Below are positions 9,108 through 19,716 of a stretch of 64,000 nucleotides of DNA, in pieces (the stretch's first letter is position 1; each line of letters opens with the position of its first letter). The notes beneath the pieces are model-generated. The model made no database searches and was not told the origin of the DNA. It saw nothing but the letters and a program-made list of their open reading frames with translations. Origin of the DNA: Dehalococcoidia bacterium (GTDB taxonomy: Bacteria > Chloroflexota > Dehalococcoidia > Lucifugimonadales > UBA3495); NCBI GenBank assembly GCA_030740155.1, contig JASLXV010000023.1, forward strand, positions 18,908 through 82,907, read 5' to 3'. The position numbers were made by a program, and so were the translations under genes.

Positions 9108-10154
9108 CTATCGGTCTTCGACACTGCCAGGTTGGACTAGGGGACGGCCGGTCCCGGAACTCCGGCGGCGGAAGGCCTGGCGTAGCACGAACACCAGCGC
9201 GCCCAGGGCGATGATGCTGGCGTAGCTGATGGCTCGGTCCACCAGCACCATCGCCACGGCGGCGCTGCTCGCCAGGCTGGACAGACGCACGGCCAGACCG
9301 GAGACCCCCGATTCCACCGCCCCGAGTCCTCCAGGGGTTGGGAACAGGGTCAGCAGGGAGTTGGCCAGGGTCAGGAAAACGATCACGGCCAACCCCAGGT
9401 CCAGATCCAGGGCCTGGACCACCAGGTACAATCGCCCCACCTCGGCCAGCCAGCCCAGCAGGCCCAGGACGGTGGCCGGCAGGACCCGGCGGAAGCTGCC
9501 CATGGTGCCTTCCTGGAAACGGCGGTAATGCTCGGACAGCCGGTCCGGCAGCTTTCTCAGGGTCCACTCCCTGGCCCAGGTCATCGCCGCCAACACAAAG
9601 GCCAGCAGGAATACCAGGACGACGGCCAGCCCCAGCACTGCCCAGGCGGCCCGTCCGGTGTCACTGACCAGAAAGGGCACCGCCGCCGCCAGCATCAGAA
9701 CAACCAGGATGGCGTCCAGCGTCCGTTCCGCCAGGATGGTGCCGATGGTGCGGGGAAAAGATGCGCCTTGCTCGTCTCGGTGCAAATAGGCGCGGTAGGC
9801 GTCGCCCAGGCGTAACCACCCCACCGCATTGGCGAACCAGCCAAGCAGCAACAGTTGGCTGCAGTAGAGCACGCCGGGAACCGGCGCGTCGTCGCCCTGA
9901 GTGTTGCGGAGAAGGAGCCGCCACCGGGCTCCTCGTAAAATGAAGGTCGAGTAGTGAACCAGAAAGGCCAGGGCCAGGTACCAGGGATTGCCCCCTCTAA
10001 CCTGCTCCCAGGTTGCCCCCACGTCGACGTCGAAGCGGGTGGCGACGAAAACCAGGAAGGCCCCGGCCAGCGCCAGGGAGATCAGGGTGGGGAAGGAAAA
10101 AAACCGTCGCTTTAGATTGGTCGATTCTCCAGGGTTGCCGCCGGAGGGGGCCAT
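9108..10154 (-). CDS. Lysylphosphatidylglycerol synthase TM-domain / flippase-like protein (UPF0104)
   Basis: RGARW, RLGDAYR, ER.LD and PTPGGLGAVE motifs; GAGGA RBS before ATG at 10154. Confidence 0.85.
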   Translation of the reverse strand: MAPSGGNPGESTNLKRRFFSFPTLISLALAGAFLVFVATRFDVDVGATWEQVRGGNPWYLALAFLVHYSTFILRGARWRLLLRNTQGDDAPVPGVLYCSQLLLLGWFANAVGWLRLGDAYRAYLHRDEQGASFPRTIGTILAERTLDAILVVLMLAAAVPFLVSDTGRAAWAVLGLAVVLVFLLAFVLAAMTWAREWTLRKLPDRLSEHYRRFQEGTMGSFRRVLPATVLGLLGWLAEVGRLYLVVQALDLDLGLAVIVFLTLANSLLTLFPTPGGLGAVESGVSGLAVRLSSLASSAAVAMVLVDRAISYASIIALGALVFVLRQAFRRRSSGTGRPLVQPGSVEDR

Positions 10155-10194
10155 TAATCCTCGGTTGAGCCCGCCGGGCAGGACTGGGCCATTT

Positions 10195-11094
10195 CTAGCG
10201 CAGCTCCTTCGGCAGGGTGAAGGCGACATCTTCGTCGACACCATCGAGCTGGATTACCACCTCCGGCGCCAGCGCCCGGATAACGCTCTCCACCAGCACC
10301 TCGGGGGTTGAGGCTCCCGAGGTAATGCCCACGTTTTCCTTTCCTTCCAGCCAGGCCGGGTCCAACTCCTCCGGCCCCATGATCAGGTATGACGGGACGC
10401 CCTGGGCTTCGGCGACCTCCCGGAGACGGTTGCAGTTGGAGCTGTTCTCGGCGCCGATAACCAGGACAACCTCCACCAGTTCCGCCATCCTGGTCACCGC
10501 CATCTGCCGGTTGGTGGTGGCGTAGCAAATGTCGCTGCGGACCACGGCGTCATGAAACCGGTTCCGGATTGCATCGATGGCCTGGGCCGTGTCCCGGACC
10601 GAGAGCGTGGTCTGGGTCAACACGGCCACCCGTTCTTCCGGAGGCCAATCCGGGGGCTGGCTTTCCGATTCATCATTGATCAGGGTCATCTCCACCTGGC
10701 CCATGGTCCCCCGCACTTCCTGATGGCCCCGGTGCCCCACCAGCAGGACCTTCCTTCCTTCCTGGTGGTACTTCTTGGCCTCGTTGTGGACCCGGGTCAC
10801 CAGAGGGCACACGGCGTCGATTACCCGCAAGCCGCGCTCTTTGGCCTTTTCGAAGTCTTCGGGCGGGGAGCCGTGGGCGGAGAACACTACCCGGGAGCCG
10901 CGAGGTATCTCATCGACGGTCTCGACGGTAATCGCCCCTTTCCGCTCCAGATCGGCGACCACATAGGGGTTGTGGACGATCTGGTGTTTGACGTAGACGG
11001 GCGGGCCGTACTTGCGGAGGCAGATCTCCACGACATCGATCGACCGCACCACCCCGGCGCAGAACCCCCGGGGAGAGCTGAGGGTCACTTTCAC
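10195..11094 (-). CDS. ispH: 4-hydroxy-3-methylbut-2-enyl diphosphate reductase
   Basis: RGFCAGV, SAHG, DAVCPLV, DICYATTNRQ and TSGASTP motifs. Confidence 0.97.
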   Translation of the reverse strand: MKVTLSSPRGFCAGVVRSIDVVEICLRKYGPPVYVKHQIVHNPYVVADLERKGAITVETVDEIPRGSRVVFSAHGSPPEDFEKAKERGLRVIDAVCPLVTRVHNEAKKYHQEGRKVLLVGHRGHQEVRGTMGQVEMTLINDESESQPPDWPPEERVAVLTQTTLSVRDTAQAIDAIRNRFHDAVVRSDICYATTNRQMAVTRMAELVEVVLVIGAENSSNCNRLREVAEAQGVPSYLIMGPEELDPAWLEGKENVGITSGASTPEVLVESVIRALAPEVVIQLDGVDEDVAFTLPKELR

Positions 11095-11124
11095 TGGGCC
11101 ACTCCTAATGCAGTCAGCCGTCGG

Positions 11125-12306
11125 CTATCCGCTCTGGTCCGCCATTAAATGCAAATACTTGTACCCGGAGCCGGTATTCAGCAGGACGATCGTCTCGTCG
11201 GCCTGCAAGAAACCCTCTTGGACCAGGCGATTGAGCCCCACAACGGTGGCGGCTCCTTCGGGACAGGCGACAACTCCCTCGGCGGCGGCGAGTTCGTGCA
11301 TGGCTTCCACCATCTCATGGTCCTCCACCGCCAGTGCGGTGCCCGCCGTCTCCCGGATTATCTGAAGGATGAGGTAATCGGCGAAGGGGCCCGGCACCCG
11401 GAGGCCGTCGGCCACCGTCGCGGCTTTGGGCCAGGGCTCGGCGGCGGGAGTTCCTTCGTGAAACGCCTTGACGATGGGTTGGCAGCCGACGGCTTGCACC
11501 GCGATGAACTTGGGCTGCCGGCCTTCGACCCAGCCCAGCTCCATCAACTCCTGGAATGCCTTGTGCATGCCGATGATGCCGGTTCCGCCGCCGGTGGGAT
11601 AGACGATGGCATCGGGCAACTTCCAGCCCAGCTGCATGGCGATTTCCAGGCCCATCGTCTTTTTGCCCTCGGCCCGGTAGGGTTCCTTCAGTGTCGAGAG
11701 GTCGAAGAGCCCTTGCTCCTTGGCTACCGCCACCGCTATCCGGCCGGCGTCTCCGATCAGCCCGTCAACCAGGTTCATCTCAGAACCGGTGAGAAGGCAC
11801 TCCTTCTTGTTGGCGTCGGGGACATCCTTCGGCATGAACACTTTGAGCGGCATTCCACCCCGGGCGCAGTAGGCGGCGGCGGCCCCGGCGGCGTTGCCGG
11901 CGGAGGGCATCGTGAAACCGGGGGCGCCCAGCTCACCGGCCCGGGAGATGGCTGCCGATATTCCCCGGGCTTTGAAGGTCCCAGTGGGGTTCAGCCCCTC
12001 CTCTTTGATGAACAGGTGGTTCAATCCCAGACGCTTCCCCAGGTTCGGCGCCTTCAGCAAGGGGGTCCCCCCTTCGCCCAGGGTGACCACGTTCGCCGGG
12101 TCCTCCACCGGTAGCAGCTCGGCGAAGCTCCACATTCCACCGGGCCGGCGCGCCACGGCGTCCCGGTCCACCTCCCGGCCCAATTTGGGCAGGTCATAGC
12201 GGGCATACAGCACTTTACCGCAGCAAGGGCTAACCGTGCTCAGGGCGCCGGCGGAATAGGTCTTGCCGCATTGAGTGCATTCCAGGTGGGCCAGATAGCT
12301 GGACAC
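11125..12306 (-). CDS. thrC: Threonine synthase family PLP enzyme
   Basis: LGEGGTP, NPTGTFKARG, PSAGNA and PTGGGTG motifs; GTG start after GGAGG. Confidence 0.8.
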   Translation of the reverse strand: MSSYLAHLECTQCGKTYSAGALSTVSPCCGKVLYARYDLPKLGREVDRDAVARRPGGMWSFAELLPVEDPANVVTLGEGGTPLLKAPNLGKRLGLNHLFIKEEGLNPTGTFKARGISAAISRAGELGAPGFTMPSAGNAAGAAAAYCARGGMPLKVFMPKDVPDANKKECLLTGSEMNLVDGLIGDAGRIAVAVAKEQGLFDLSTLKEPYRAEGKKTMGLEIAMQLGWKLPDAIVYPTGGGTGIIGMHKAFQELMELGWVEGRQPKFIAVQAVGCQPIVKAFHEGTPAAEPWPKAATVADGLRVPGPFADYLILQIIRETAGTALAVEDHEMVEAMHELAAAEGVVACPEGAATVVGLNRLVQEGFLQADETIVLLNTGSGYKYLHLMADQSG

Positions 12307-12456
12307 GGGCTGGTAACCTCCATTTCTCAGACAGGCGAATAGCCTGGATACGGTGGCGATTATCTCGAAGATATCATACTCTATGTTGGGTACCTCTGGC
12401 ACGGGGTGGAATCGGTCCCCGGCCAGTTTCCCCCGCTTTTGTGGTCAAACCTCCTA

Positions 12457-12465
12457 TGCTATAAT
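12457..12465 (+). promoter_or_regulatory. Extended -10 promoter (TGcTATAAT) for the crotonase-prs-amidohydrolase unit
   Basis: Consensus TGnTATAAT about 35 nt upstream of ATG 12501. Confidence 0.65.
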
Positions 12466-12500
12466 CCGTGGTGCCGCCGACCCGATCACGGAGAGAGACC

Positions 12501-13319
12501 ATGCCGTCCTACCAACACCTGCTGCTGGAAAAAGACCCGGTCGCGCACATTGCCAAACTCACCATCAATCGTCCCGACCGGCGCAACGCCATGAACGATC
12601 AGACCACCGATGAGATGTCCGACGCCATCGAAGACGTGGAGGCCGACGACTCCATACGAGTTCTCATTCTCACCGGGACCGGCAATGTGTTCTGCGCCGG
12701 CGGCGACCTGCAGGCGCTGCGGGGAGGCAGCGAGCTGGGTACCTGGGCCGCGGACACACCGGATGAAATCCGCCGCAGTTTCCGTCGGGCCCAGCGCCTG
12801 ATGCTGGGATTACAGCGGATGGAAAAGCCGGTCATCGGCATGATCACCGGCGCCGCCGTGGGCGCGGGTTTCGACTTGGCTGCCGTGTGTGACATTCGGA
12901 TAGGGTGCCCCCGCTCCCGATTCATGGTAGGCTACGTGCGGTTGGGCCTGTTTCCCGGCTTCGGCGGCACCTGGCTTTACACCCGAACCCTCGGCAGTTT
13001 GGGTAAGGCGGCTGAGCTGTTGTTCACCGGCGATTTCATGGAAGCGGATGAGGCGTACCGTGTGGGGTTTCTAAACCGGCTGGTGCCGGAAGAAGACCTG
13101 GAAAGCGCAACCATGGAAATGGCCCGTAAGATCGGGGACGGCCCGCCAATCGCCCTCCGGTTGGCCAAGCTGATGCTCTACAAAGGCCTGGACTTCGACC
13201 TGGAGACGGCGATGAAGATGGCGGCGGCGGCGGAGACAATTACCTTGACCTCGAAGGACCACGAAGAGGGCATCGCGGCCTTTCGGGAGTCCCGGAAAGC
13301 CGTTTACGAGGGCCGATAA
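12501..13319 (+). CDS. Enoyl-CoA hydratase/isomerase (crotonase) family
   Basis: NRPDRRNA, FCAGGDL and GAAVGAG motifs. Confidence 0.9.
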   Translation: MPSYQHLLLEKDPVAHIAKLTINRPDRRNAMNDQTTDEMSDAIEDVEADDSIRVLILTGTGNVFCAGGDLQALRGGSELGTWAADTPDEIRRSFRRAQRLMLGLQRMEKPVIGMITGAAVGAGFDLAAVCDIRIGCPRSRFMVGYVRLGLFPGFGGTWLYTRTLGSLGKAAELLFTGDFMEADEAYRVGFLNRLVPEEDLESATMEMARKIGDGPPIALRLAKLMLYKGLDFDLETAMKMAAAAETITLTSKDHEEGIAAFRESRKAVYEGR

Positions 13320-14269
13320 TGGTTTCGGTGATCGACGACCTCAAAGTATTTACCGGCAACGCCCACCGGCAATTGGCCCAAGACGTTTGCCGGTACCTGG
13401 ATTTACCTCTGGGCGAGGCTGAGGTGTTCAAGTTCGCCAACGACAACACCTTCGTCCGCATCCAAGAAAACGTCCGTCAGAGGGACGTTTTTATTATTCA
13501 GCCCACCTGCTACCCGGTCAACGACAACCTGATGGAACTCCTCATCATGATCGACGCCTGCAAGCGGGCGTCGGCGGGGCGCATAACCGCGGTGGTCCCC
13601 TACTACGGTTACGGCCGCACCGATAAGAAGGACCAACCGCGCGTGCCGATAACTGCCCGCCTGGTCGCCGACCTGTTGACCGCGGCCGGCGCCGAGCGGC
13701 TGCTGACCGTCGACCTCCACGCCGGACAGATACAGGGCTTCTTCAACATCCCGGTGGACGAGTTGACCGCGCTGCCCATTCTGACCGACTACTTCCAATC
13801 CAAAGAGATCAACGACCTGGTGGTGGCGGCGGTGGACATCGGCATCAGCAAACGGGCCAGGGACGTTGCGGAGCGGCTCCACGCTCCCCTGGCAATCATC
13901 GAGAAACGCCGATTGGGCAATAACGAGCGCACCGAGACCCTGAACGTCATCGGCGATGTGCGGGGCAAGGTGGCCCTCCTCTTCGACGACGAAGTCGATA
14001 CCGGAGGCACCATTGTCGCCTCCGCCCGCACCCTGGTGGAACGTGGCGTCAAAGAGGTGTACTGTTGCGTGACCCATCCGGTCCTGTCCCGCGACGCCTC
14101 CGATCTCATGGCCCACAGCAATTTCACCGAAGTAGTGGTCTCGGACACCATCCCTCTGCCGGCGGAGAAGCGCAACGGCAAGATCACCGTGTTGTCGGTG
14201 GCCCCCCTGTTGGGCGAGGCGATCCATCGCATCCATAAAGGGCTCTCGGTCGGGGAGATGTTCAACTGA
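13319..14269 (+). CDS. prs: Ribose-phosphate pyrophosphokinase
   Basis: VNDNLMELL, PYYGYGR.D, DLHAGQIQGFF and DDEVDTGGT motifs. Confidence 0.95.
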   Translation: MVSVIDDLKVFTGNAHRQLAQDVCRYLDLPLGEAEVFKFANDNTFVRIQENVRQRDVFIIQPTCYPVNDNLMELLIMIDACKRASAGRITAVVPYYGYGRTDKKDQPRVPITARLVADLLTAAGAERLLTVDLHAGQIQGFFNIPVDELTALPILTDYFQSKEINDLVVAAVDIGISKRARDVAERLHAPLAIIEKRRLGNNERTETLNVIGDVRGKVALLFDDEVDTGGTIVASARTLVERGVKEVYCCVTHPVLSRDASDLMAHSNFTEVVVSDTIPLPAEKRNGKITVLSVAPLLGEAIHRIHKGLSVGEMFN

Positions 14270-14289
14270 CTCAGGAGGTAGGTTTCGGC

Positions 14290-15465
14290 ATGTACGATTT
14301 GCTGATCAAAGGTGGCACCGTAATCGACCCATCTCAGGGCATCCACGGCGTCAATGATGTGGCGGTGGAGAAAGGCAAGATTGCCCGGGTCGCCTCTAGC
14401 ATCCCCATCGAGGAGGCCCTCCGGGTGGTCGAGGTTCGCGGGAAGCTGGTTACACCCGGCCTGATCGACCTGCACACCCACGTCTACGACGGGGTGAACA
14501 ACAATGGCGTGGCGCCCGACCTCGGTGGGGTTCGCGCCGGCGTCACCACCATGGTGGATGCGGGCAGCGCCGGGTGTGACAATATCGGAGGCTTTCCAAG
14601 ACACATCATTCCCAACAACCACACCGAAGTTATCTGCTTCTTGCATATTTGCCGTACCGGCCTGACCACATCTCCCGACATCTTCAGCCCGGCCAGCATT
14701 GACCTGGAGAAGACGATCCAAGTAGCCTCGGAGAACCGCTCGTTTATTTCCGGCATCAAGGCGCGGATGGTGTCGCCGGCGCTGGAGATCATGGGAATGG
14801 AGATGCCGCGTCTGGCCAAACAGGCCGCCAAGGAAGCCGGCATCAAGCTCATGGTCCACATCGGGGACACGGAGAAGCGCTATGACGCCAACGTCATCCG
14901 CCAACTGCTGCCGATAATGGAGGAAGGGGACATCGTCACCCACTTCTTTACCGCCAACCCGGGTGGGGTGCTGGGCGCCGATGGCAAGCTGGTCCCCGAG
15001 GCCAAGGAGGCCAACGACCGGGGAGTGTGGCTGGATACGGCCCACGGCCGGATGAACTTCAGCTTCGACGTGGGCGAGCGGATTCTGGACCAGGGGCTGT
15101 CGCCCCACTGCATCAGCACCGACCTGACCCAGCCCGGCCGGCTGCGCACCGTCCACAGCATGACGGAGATGATGAGCCGGTTCCTGGCCATGGGGTTCAC
15201 CATGGATCAGGTGGTCACCATGTCCACCTTGAATCCCGCCAAAGCGGTCGGCGCGGATGACCGCCTGGGCACCCTGGCCGTTGGCCGGCAGGCCGATATC
15301 TCGATACTGGAAGTCAAGGACGGTGAATGGGTGGTCTACGACGTGGTCGGCGACTCCCGGCGGCTGGACAAGGCGTTGGTGCCGGTGATGACCGTCAAGA
15401 GGGGTGAGGTGTTCGAAGCCGCCTGGGGTCCCCGCCCCTGGGGTTGGGAGCCGGACCAGTCCTAG
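14290..15465 (+). CDS. Metal-dependent amidohydrolase/deacetylase (dihydroorotase-like)
   Basis: PGLIDLHTH, GVTTMVDAGS, MVHIG and ISTD motifs. Confidence 0.85.
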   Translation: MYDLLIKGGTVIDPSQGIHGVNDVAVEKGKIARVASSIPIEEALRVVEVRGKLVTPGLIDLHTHVYDGVNNNGVAPDLGGVRAGVTTMVDAGSAGCDNIGGFPRHIIPNNHTEVICFLHICRTGLTTSPDIFSPASIDLEKTIQVASENRSFISGIKARMVSPALEIMGMEMPRLAKQAAKEAGIKLMVHIGDTEKRYDANVIRQLLPIMEEGDIVTHFFTANPGGVLGADGKLVPEAKEANDRGVWLDTAHGRMNFSFDVGERILDQGLSPHCISTDLTQPGRLRTVHSMTEMMSRFLAMGFTMDQVVTMSTLNPAKAVGADDRLGTLAVGRQADISILEVKDGEWVVYDVVGDSRRLDKALVPVMTVKRGEVFEAAWGPRPWGWEPDQS

Positions 15466-15524
15466 AGCCGTTCCCAGTTATTGCCGGCCGCCTCGAATCG
15501 GGCGTCGGCCCAATAGACGCACCA

Positions 15525-15554
15525 AGTAGGGGCGAGGCATTTCTCGCCCCTACT
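15525..15554. repeat. REP-like palindrome family C
   Basis: AGTAGGGGCGAG-gcattt-CTCGCCCCTACT. Confidence 0.8.
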
Positions 15555-15658
15555 CTTGTCGGCGGACCTGCCTCGAAACCGTCATTACGAGCGAAGCGCC
15601 GGGTGACATGTTCCAGCGTACTCCAGAGGCAAAGCTGCTGGGAGCCGACGCGGGGTTG

Positions 15659-15721
15659 GCCACAGGAGGCAACAGAGGCATTAGCTCCTAATTAAATCTC
15701 TGTGCCTCTGTGTCTCTGTGG
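15659..15721. repeat. CACAGAG/CTCTGTG palindromic repeat family D
   Basis: Related element at 63458-63527; both lie between convergent genes. Confidence 0.65.
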
Positions 15722-15756
15722 TCATTTCCCCGTGAAGCGCTTTTGGAGCACGCGGT

Positions 15757-16719
15757 TCAGGAAACCGTCTTGCCGGCGGGTCGCTTCTTCCCACGGAAGG
15801 GCCGGGTCAGCCGGCGAAGCTTGGCGGAAAGCCGGAACCTGGGCCGGATGCTGTGGGCGATGAGGGGCGCCACCTGCCGGTTGCCCGCTACCAGGGGAGC
15901 CACCCAGCGCCTCAATTCCTTCATGCTTGGCGAACGTGTCTCCCAGCTGGGCACCAGGCATTCCAGGGGATTCCACCGTTTCTCGCCGGGCAGTCGCGCC
16001 ATCACGGTTCCCTGGGCCTCCGTGACCGCCAGCACCCCCGCCGCCACGTCCCAGAGGTGGGGAGAGCCTTGAATCGAGTATTGCAGCACGCCGGAGGCAG
16101 TCATCGCCAACTCATAGGCGGAGCTGCCGGTGGTCCGTGGCTCTCCTCCGTTGGAGTGGCCGCTCCCAGTTAATCTGCCGGCGAACTTGGAGGTGTGGGC
16201 GAAGGAGCCCGGCAGGCCGACGAGGCGGTTGTTTACCGGTTCTTTCGACTGGTAAACGGTAACCGGTTCCCCGTCGGCGAAGCAGCCGCCGCCCCGGCGG
16301 CAGTGCATGACGAACCCGCCGCCCGGCTTGGGCCAGGGGATGTAGAGCGCACCCGCCAGGGGCCGGCCCCGGTAAAGGACGCCGATTGACGACGCGTACA
16401 CCGGAAGCCCGTTGATGAAGTTGGTGGTCCCGTCCAGGGGGTCGAGTACCCAGAGGTAGTCGGGGCAGGCCGTGTCGGACGCGCCGGCGTCCTCCTCCCC
16501 AAGGATGCCGTGGTCCGGAAACCGCTGGGCTATCTCCGCCACGAGAAACTCCTGGCAGGTGGTGTCGGCAGCGGTCACCGGGTCCCGGTGAGCCTTGTCT
16601 TTGTACTCGATGGAGATCTGGCGTCCGAAGTGGGCGGAGAGGATTTCCCCGGCTCCCTCGGCCAGCCGCACGGCGAAGGTCTCGATCTCCTGGGCCAGCG
16701 TGTCAGCGGGGAACGCCAC
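15757..16719 (-). CDS. Inositol monophosphatase family protein
   Basis: ILGEE, WVLDPLDGTTNF and WDVAAG motifs. Confidence 0.92.
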   Translation of the reverse strand: MAFPADTLAQEIETFAVRLAEGAGEILSAHFGRQISIEYKDKAHRDPVTAADTTCQEFLVAEIAQRFPDHGILGEEDAGASDTACPDYLWVLDPLDGTTNFINGLPVYASSIGVLYRGRPLAGALYIPWPKPGGGFVMHCRRGGGCFADGEPVTVYQSKEPVNNRLVGLPGSFAHTSKFAGRLTGSGHSNGGEPRTTGSSAYELAMTASGVLQYSIQGSPHLWDVAAGVLAVTEAQGTVMARLPGEKRWNPLECLVPSWETRSPSMKELRRWVAPLVAGNRQVAPLIAHSIRPRFRLSAKLRRLTRPFRGKKRPAGKTVS

Positions 16720-16836
16720 TGCTGCTTCCTCTTGTTTCAGCCATCGTGGGAAGATTCTTTGGGTAGAGCGAGGGGAACCCTTTCTTGCAGTAAAGGGTTC
16801 GCCGGAGGCGCCTTTCTTGGGGTTTTCCAGCAGGGA

Positions 16837-17301
16837 TTATGGCCCGGCGGCGGCCTGTAAGGCCTCCAGGTGCCCGGTCCAGTGCCGGGCGATGGTGCGC
16901 ATCCGGTCTTTGCCGGTGGGGGCTGAGCCGTCGGCCCGGTACATCAGCACCGCGTCGGGGTTTGGCAGGGCCCGGATCGCTTTGATCAATTCTTGATGTG
17001 ACTGTTTGAGTTGAGCGACGATGTCGGCGAGGGTTGAACCGGCGGTCTTTCCGACGGCGTCCTCATTGATCGCGTCGACGGAGATCGTGTGGTAGAGTGC
17101 GGGCCCGCCCTGGCCCACGGCCAAAGCAGCTTCGGTGGTGGCCCGGTGCCAGAAAAGCATGTGGGCCGCCACCTCCCACACCCCCCAGCGATCGACGCGG
17201 GCCGATGACTGGGCCCCGGGACCCTCGAAGTACTGAAGTGTCTTCTGCACCACCTGATTCGCCAGGTCGATTAGCTGATCAATCGTTTCGGACTCGGCCA
17301 T
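16837..17301 (-). CDS. DinB/YfiT-like four-helix protein
   Basis: W.VWEVAAHM and C-terminal HWTGH motifs. Confidence 0.65.
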   Translation of the reverse strand: MAESETIDQLIDLANQVVQKTLQYFEGPGAQSSARVDRWGVWEVAAHMLFWHRATTEAALAVGQGGPALYHTISVDAINEDAVGKTAGSTLADIVAQLKQSHQELIKAIRALPNPDAVLMYRADGSAPTGKDRMRTIARHWTGHLEALQAAAGP

Positions 17302-17649
17302 TTAGGTGCCCTCCTCATCGCAGTCTGGCGGCGAACCTCCCAGCGACGCCCGCGGTTGGAGCAGTTTCACCGGAGTTATTGCCGGGGTATTGATTGGAAC
17401 TATTTGCTCCGGAACGGCGGCGCTGGGCTGGGGACAACCCAGTATAACATGGGCTGTCGGCGTCGCCGTTGCCGAACGTCTTGCCTGTCCGGAGGGAGCG
17501 GCAGCTTGCCCGGAGGCGCCGGGTCCGCCGTGACTTCCGCGAAATATGAAATAGCTCAATTCGTTATGGGGTTGGCGCATGTCAGTTGATTCCGCGCCCA
17601 AGATGCGAATTGAGGGAATGTTCGGCGGGTCAAGGCTCCGATGGAGGGA

Positions 17650-17770
17650 CCCCGCGCCGGATTCCTCGTCGCTTCGCTCCTCGGAATGAAATTTCTTGGA
17701 CAAGCCCATCTTCAGGCGAGGGGTTCGGCAGGGGCGAACAGAAGTAGGGGCGGGTATGAAACCCGCCCCT
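17650..17770. repeat. Cluster of REP-like repeats (inverted family A half plus family C)
   Basis: GATTCCTCGTCGCTTCGCTCCTCGGAATGA and GTAGGGGCGGGT...ACCCGCCCCT. Confidence 0.75.
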
Positions 17771-17799
17771 TTTGATTGCGTCCAGGTTATGCGCTCAGG

Positions 17800-18210
17800 T
17801 TATGCGGCCGGTTTGAAGTACGGGATGGTGACCTGCTCGGTGGCCCGGACGAAGGTCACCTCCACCGGCATGCCGATCTTCACGTCCTTCGGGTTGCAAT
17901 CGACGATGTTGGTGAACATCTTCACCCCTTCATCCAGCTCCACCAGGGCCAGGACGTAGGGCACTTCTTCGGCGAAACCCGGCGTCCGGTTCTGGTAGGT
18001 AACCGTATAGGTCCAGACGGTGCCTTTGCCGCTAGCCTCGAACCACTTGATATCGCTGGACCAACAGTGAGCGCAGATTCCACGGGGATAGAACTGGAAC
18101 TCGCCGCAGCGATCGCACTTCTGGATAATCAGGCGTCCCTGACGGCAGGAGTCCCAGTATGGCTTGGTCTCGCCAACGATGGTCGGCAGCGGCTTCTTCC
18201 ATTCAGGCAT
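17800..18210 (-). CDS. DUF35 Zn-ribbon/OB-fold protein
   Basis: CDRC...PRGICAHC, G.G.V.TYT and IGMPV motifs. Confidence 0.92.
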   Translation of the reverse strand: MPEWKKPLPTIVGETKPYWDSCRQGRLIIQKCDRCGEFQFYPRGICAHCWSSDIKWFEASGKGTVWTYTVTYQNRTPGFAEEVPYVLALVELDEGVKMFTNIVDCNPKDVKIGMPVEVTFVRATEQVTIPYFKPAA

Positions 18211-18213
18211 GGT

Positions 18214-19395
18214 CTAATCCCTCCCCAGAATCACTGTTCCGCCGCTGTGCCGGGTCGCCAGGGTGCCACCCGTTCCGTGGCATAGGGCGACCCGGCAGTT
18301 GGGGACTTGGCGTGGCGTCCCCTCGAACTGGTTGCGGAGTTGCCGCGTCGCCTCCAACAGCAAGAAGATGCCTCGCATTCCCGGGTGGTTGGACGAGAGG
18401 CCGCCTCCATCGGTGTTGATGGGCAGCTCCCCGCCGACCTCCAGCCGGCCGCCGGATACGAATGCGCCGCCCTCACCCTTCTGGCAGAAACCCAGGTCCT
18501 CCAACGTTTCGATTACCGTGATGGTGAACGAGTCGTAGACCATGGCCATGTCGATGTCCTGATGGGTCACCCCGGCCATGGCGAAGGCCGGCTCGTGGCT
18601 CTGCTTCGCGGCGATGTACATCAGGTCTCGCTTGCCCGCCCCCTGGTGGGCCAGCGCTTCACCCGTGCCCAGCACCCATACCGGCTTGTGCCGGCAGCCC
18701 CGGGCGACCTCCGGCGAGGCCACTACCACCGCGCCTCCGCCGTCGCTGATCAAGCAACAATCCGGGAGGTGCAGAGGAGACGATATCACCCTGGAGTTGA
18801 CCACGTCCGCGACGGTGATTGGGTCGCGGAACATCGCCTCCGGGTTCATGGAGGCGTGCTTGCGTATCGAGACGGCCACCTCGGCCAGTTGCTCCGAGGT
18901 GGTCCCATACAGGTGCATGTGCCGCTGGGCGATCATGGCGTACATGCCCACCGTGGTCAACCCGTACAGCTCTTCAAAGCTATCCGGCGACGGCTCAAGC
19001 TTGGGGTGGCCGAACCGGGCCACACCGCCGGTGCCCACCGAGACGCCGCCCGACCGGGCCTGGGAGCTGTAGGTGATGACGGCGCAGTTGATGCGCCCGC
19101 TGGCGATGGCGTTCAAAGCGTGGGCCAGATGGAACTCGAAGGAGCCGCCACCGACGGTGGTGTTGTCCACGAACTTTGGGTAGAGGTTCAGGTAGTCGGC
19201 CAGGTTCATCCCGGTGTTGCGGCCGGCCGAGTGGGCGACGAGCAGGCCGTCAACATCTTTCTTCTCCAGGCCCGCGTCCTCCAGCGCCTTGATGACGCTC
19301 TCCCCCTTGATCTGTAGCTCACTCTTGTCGGGCGCGTAGCGGGTGACGTGCTCGTGAATGCCGACGATGGCGGCGGCGCGCCTGAGATCCACCAT
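18214..19395 (-). CDS. Thiolase-like protein (SCP-x/Ltp2 type)
   Basis: DCCLISDGG, YDSF and NTDGGGLS motifs; coupled to DUF35. Confidence 0.88.
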   Translation of the reverse strand: MVDLRRAAAIVGIHEHVTRYAPDKSELQIKGESVIKALEDAGLEKKDVDGLLVAHSAGRNTGMNLADYLNLYPKFVDNTTVGGGSFEFHLAHALNAIASGRINCAVITYSSQARSGGVSVGTGGVARFGHPKLEPSPDSFEELYGLTTVGMYAMIAQRHMHLYGTTSEQLAEVAVSIRKHASMNPEAMFRDPITVADVVNSRVISSPLHLPDCCLISDGGGAVVVASPEVARGCRHKPVWVLGTGEALAHQGAGKRDLMYIAAKQSHEPAFAMAGVTHQDIDMAMVYDSFTITVIETLEDLGFCQKGEGGAFVSGGRLEVGGELPINTDGGGLSSNHPGMRGIFLLLEATRQLRNQFEGTPRQVPNCRVALCHGTGGTLATRHSGGTVILGRD

Positions 19396-19716
19396 ATTTG
19401 AGGTACCTCCGTACCAGATTGTCGCCGAGGGAGTTCGCCCTTTCTTATCTCAGAGCATCCATGGAAGGGGAGGCTCGGCATGGGTGCTGAACGCCGGCAG
19501 CGGAGCGCTGACCGCTGATCATCATGGCCACCTGGAGCGGCATTATCATAGGTGCGGGGCTGGAGGGTGTCAAGGGCCGGTGCATCCGGCGGTCTCGGGC
19601 TGGGGGCCTCTTCCTAATCCCCGGGATACCGGATATAGTTGGGTGCGAGGCATGCCTCCCTCACCCGGAGTCAAAACAGGGCATGCTGGTGGCGGCCAAT
19701 AATTTCAGGAGGCTTC

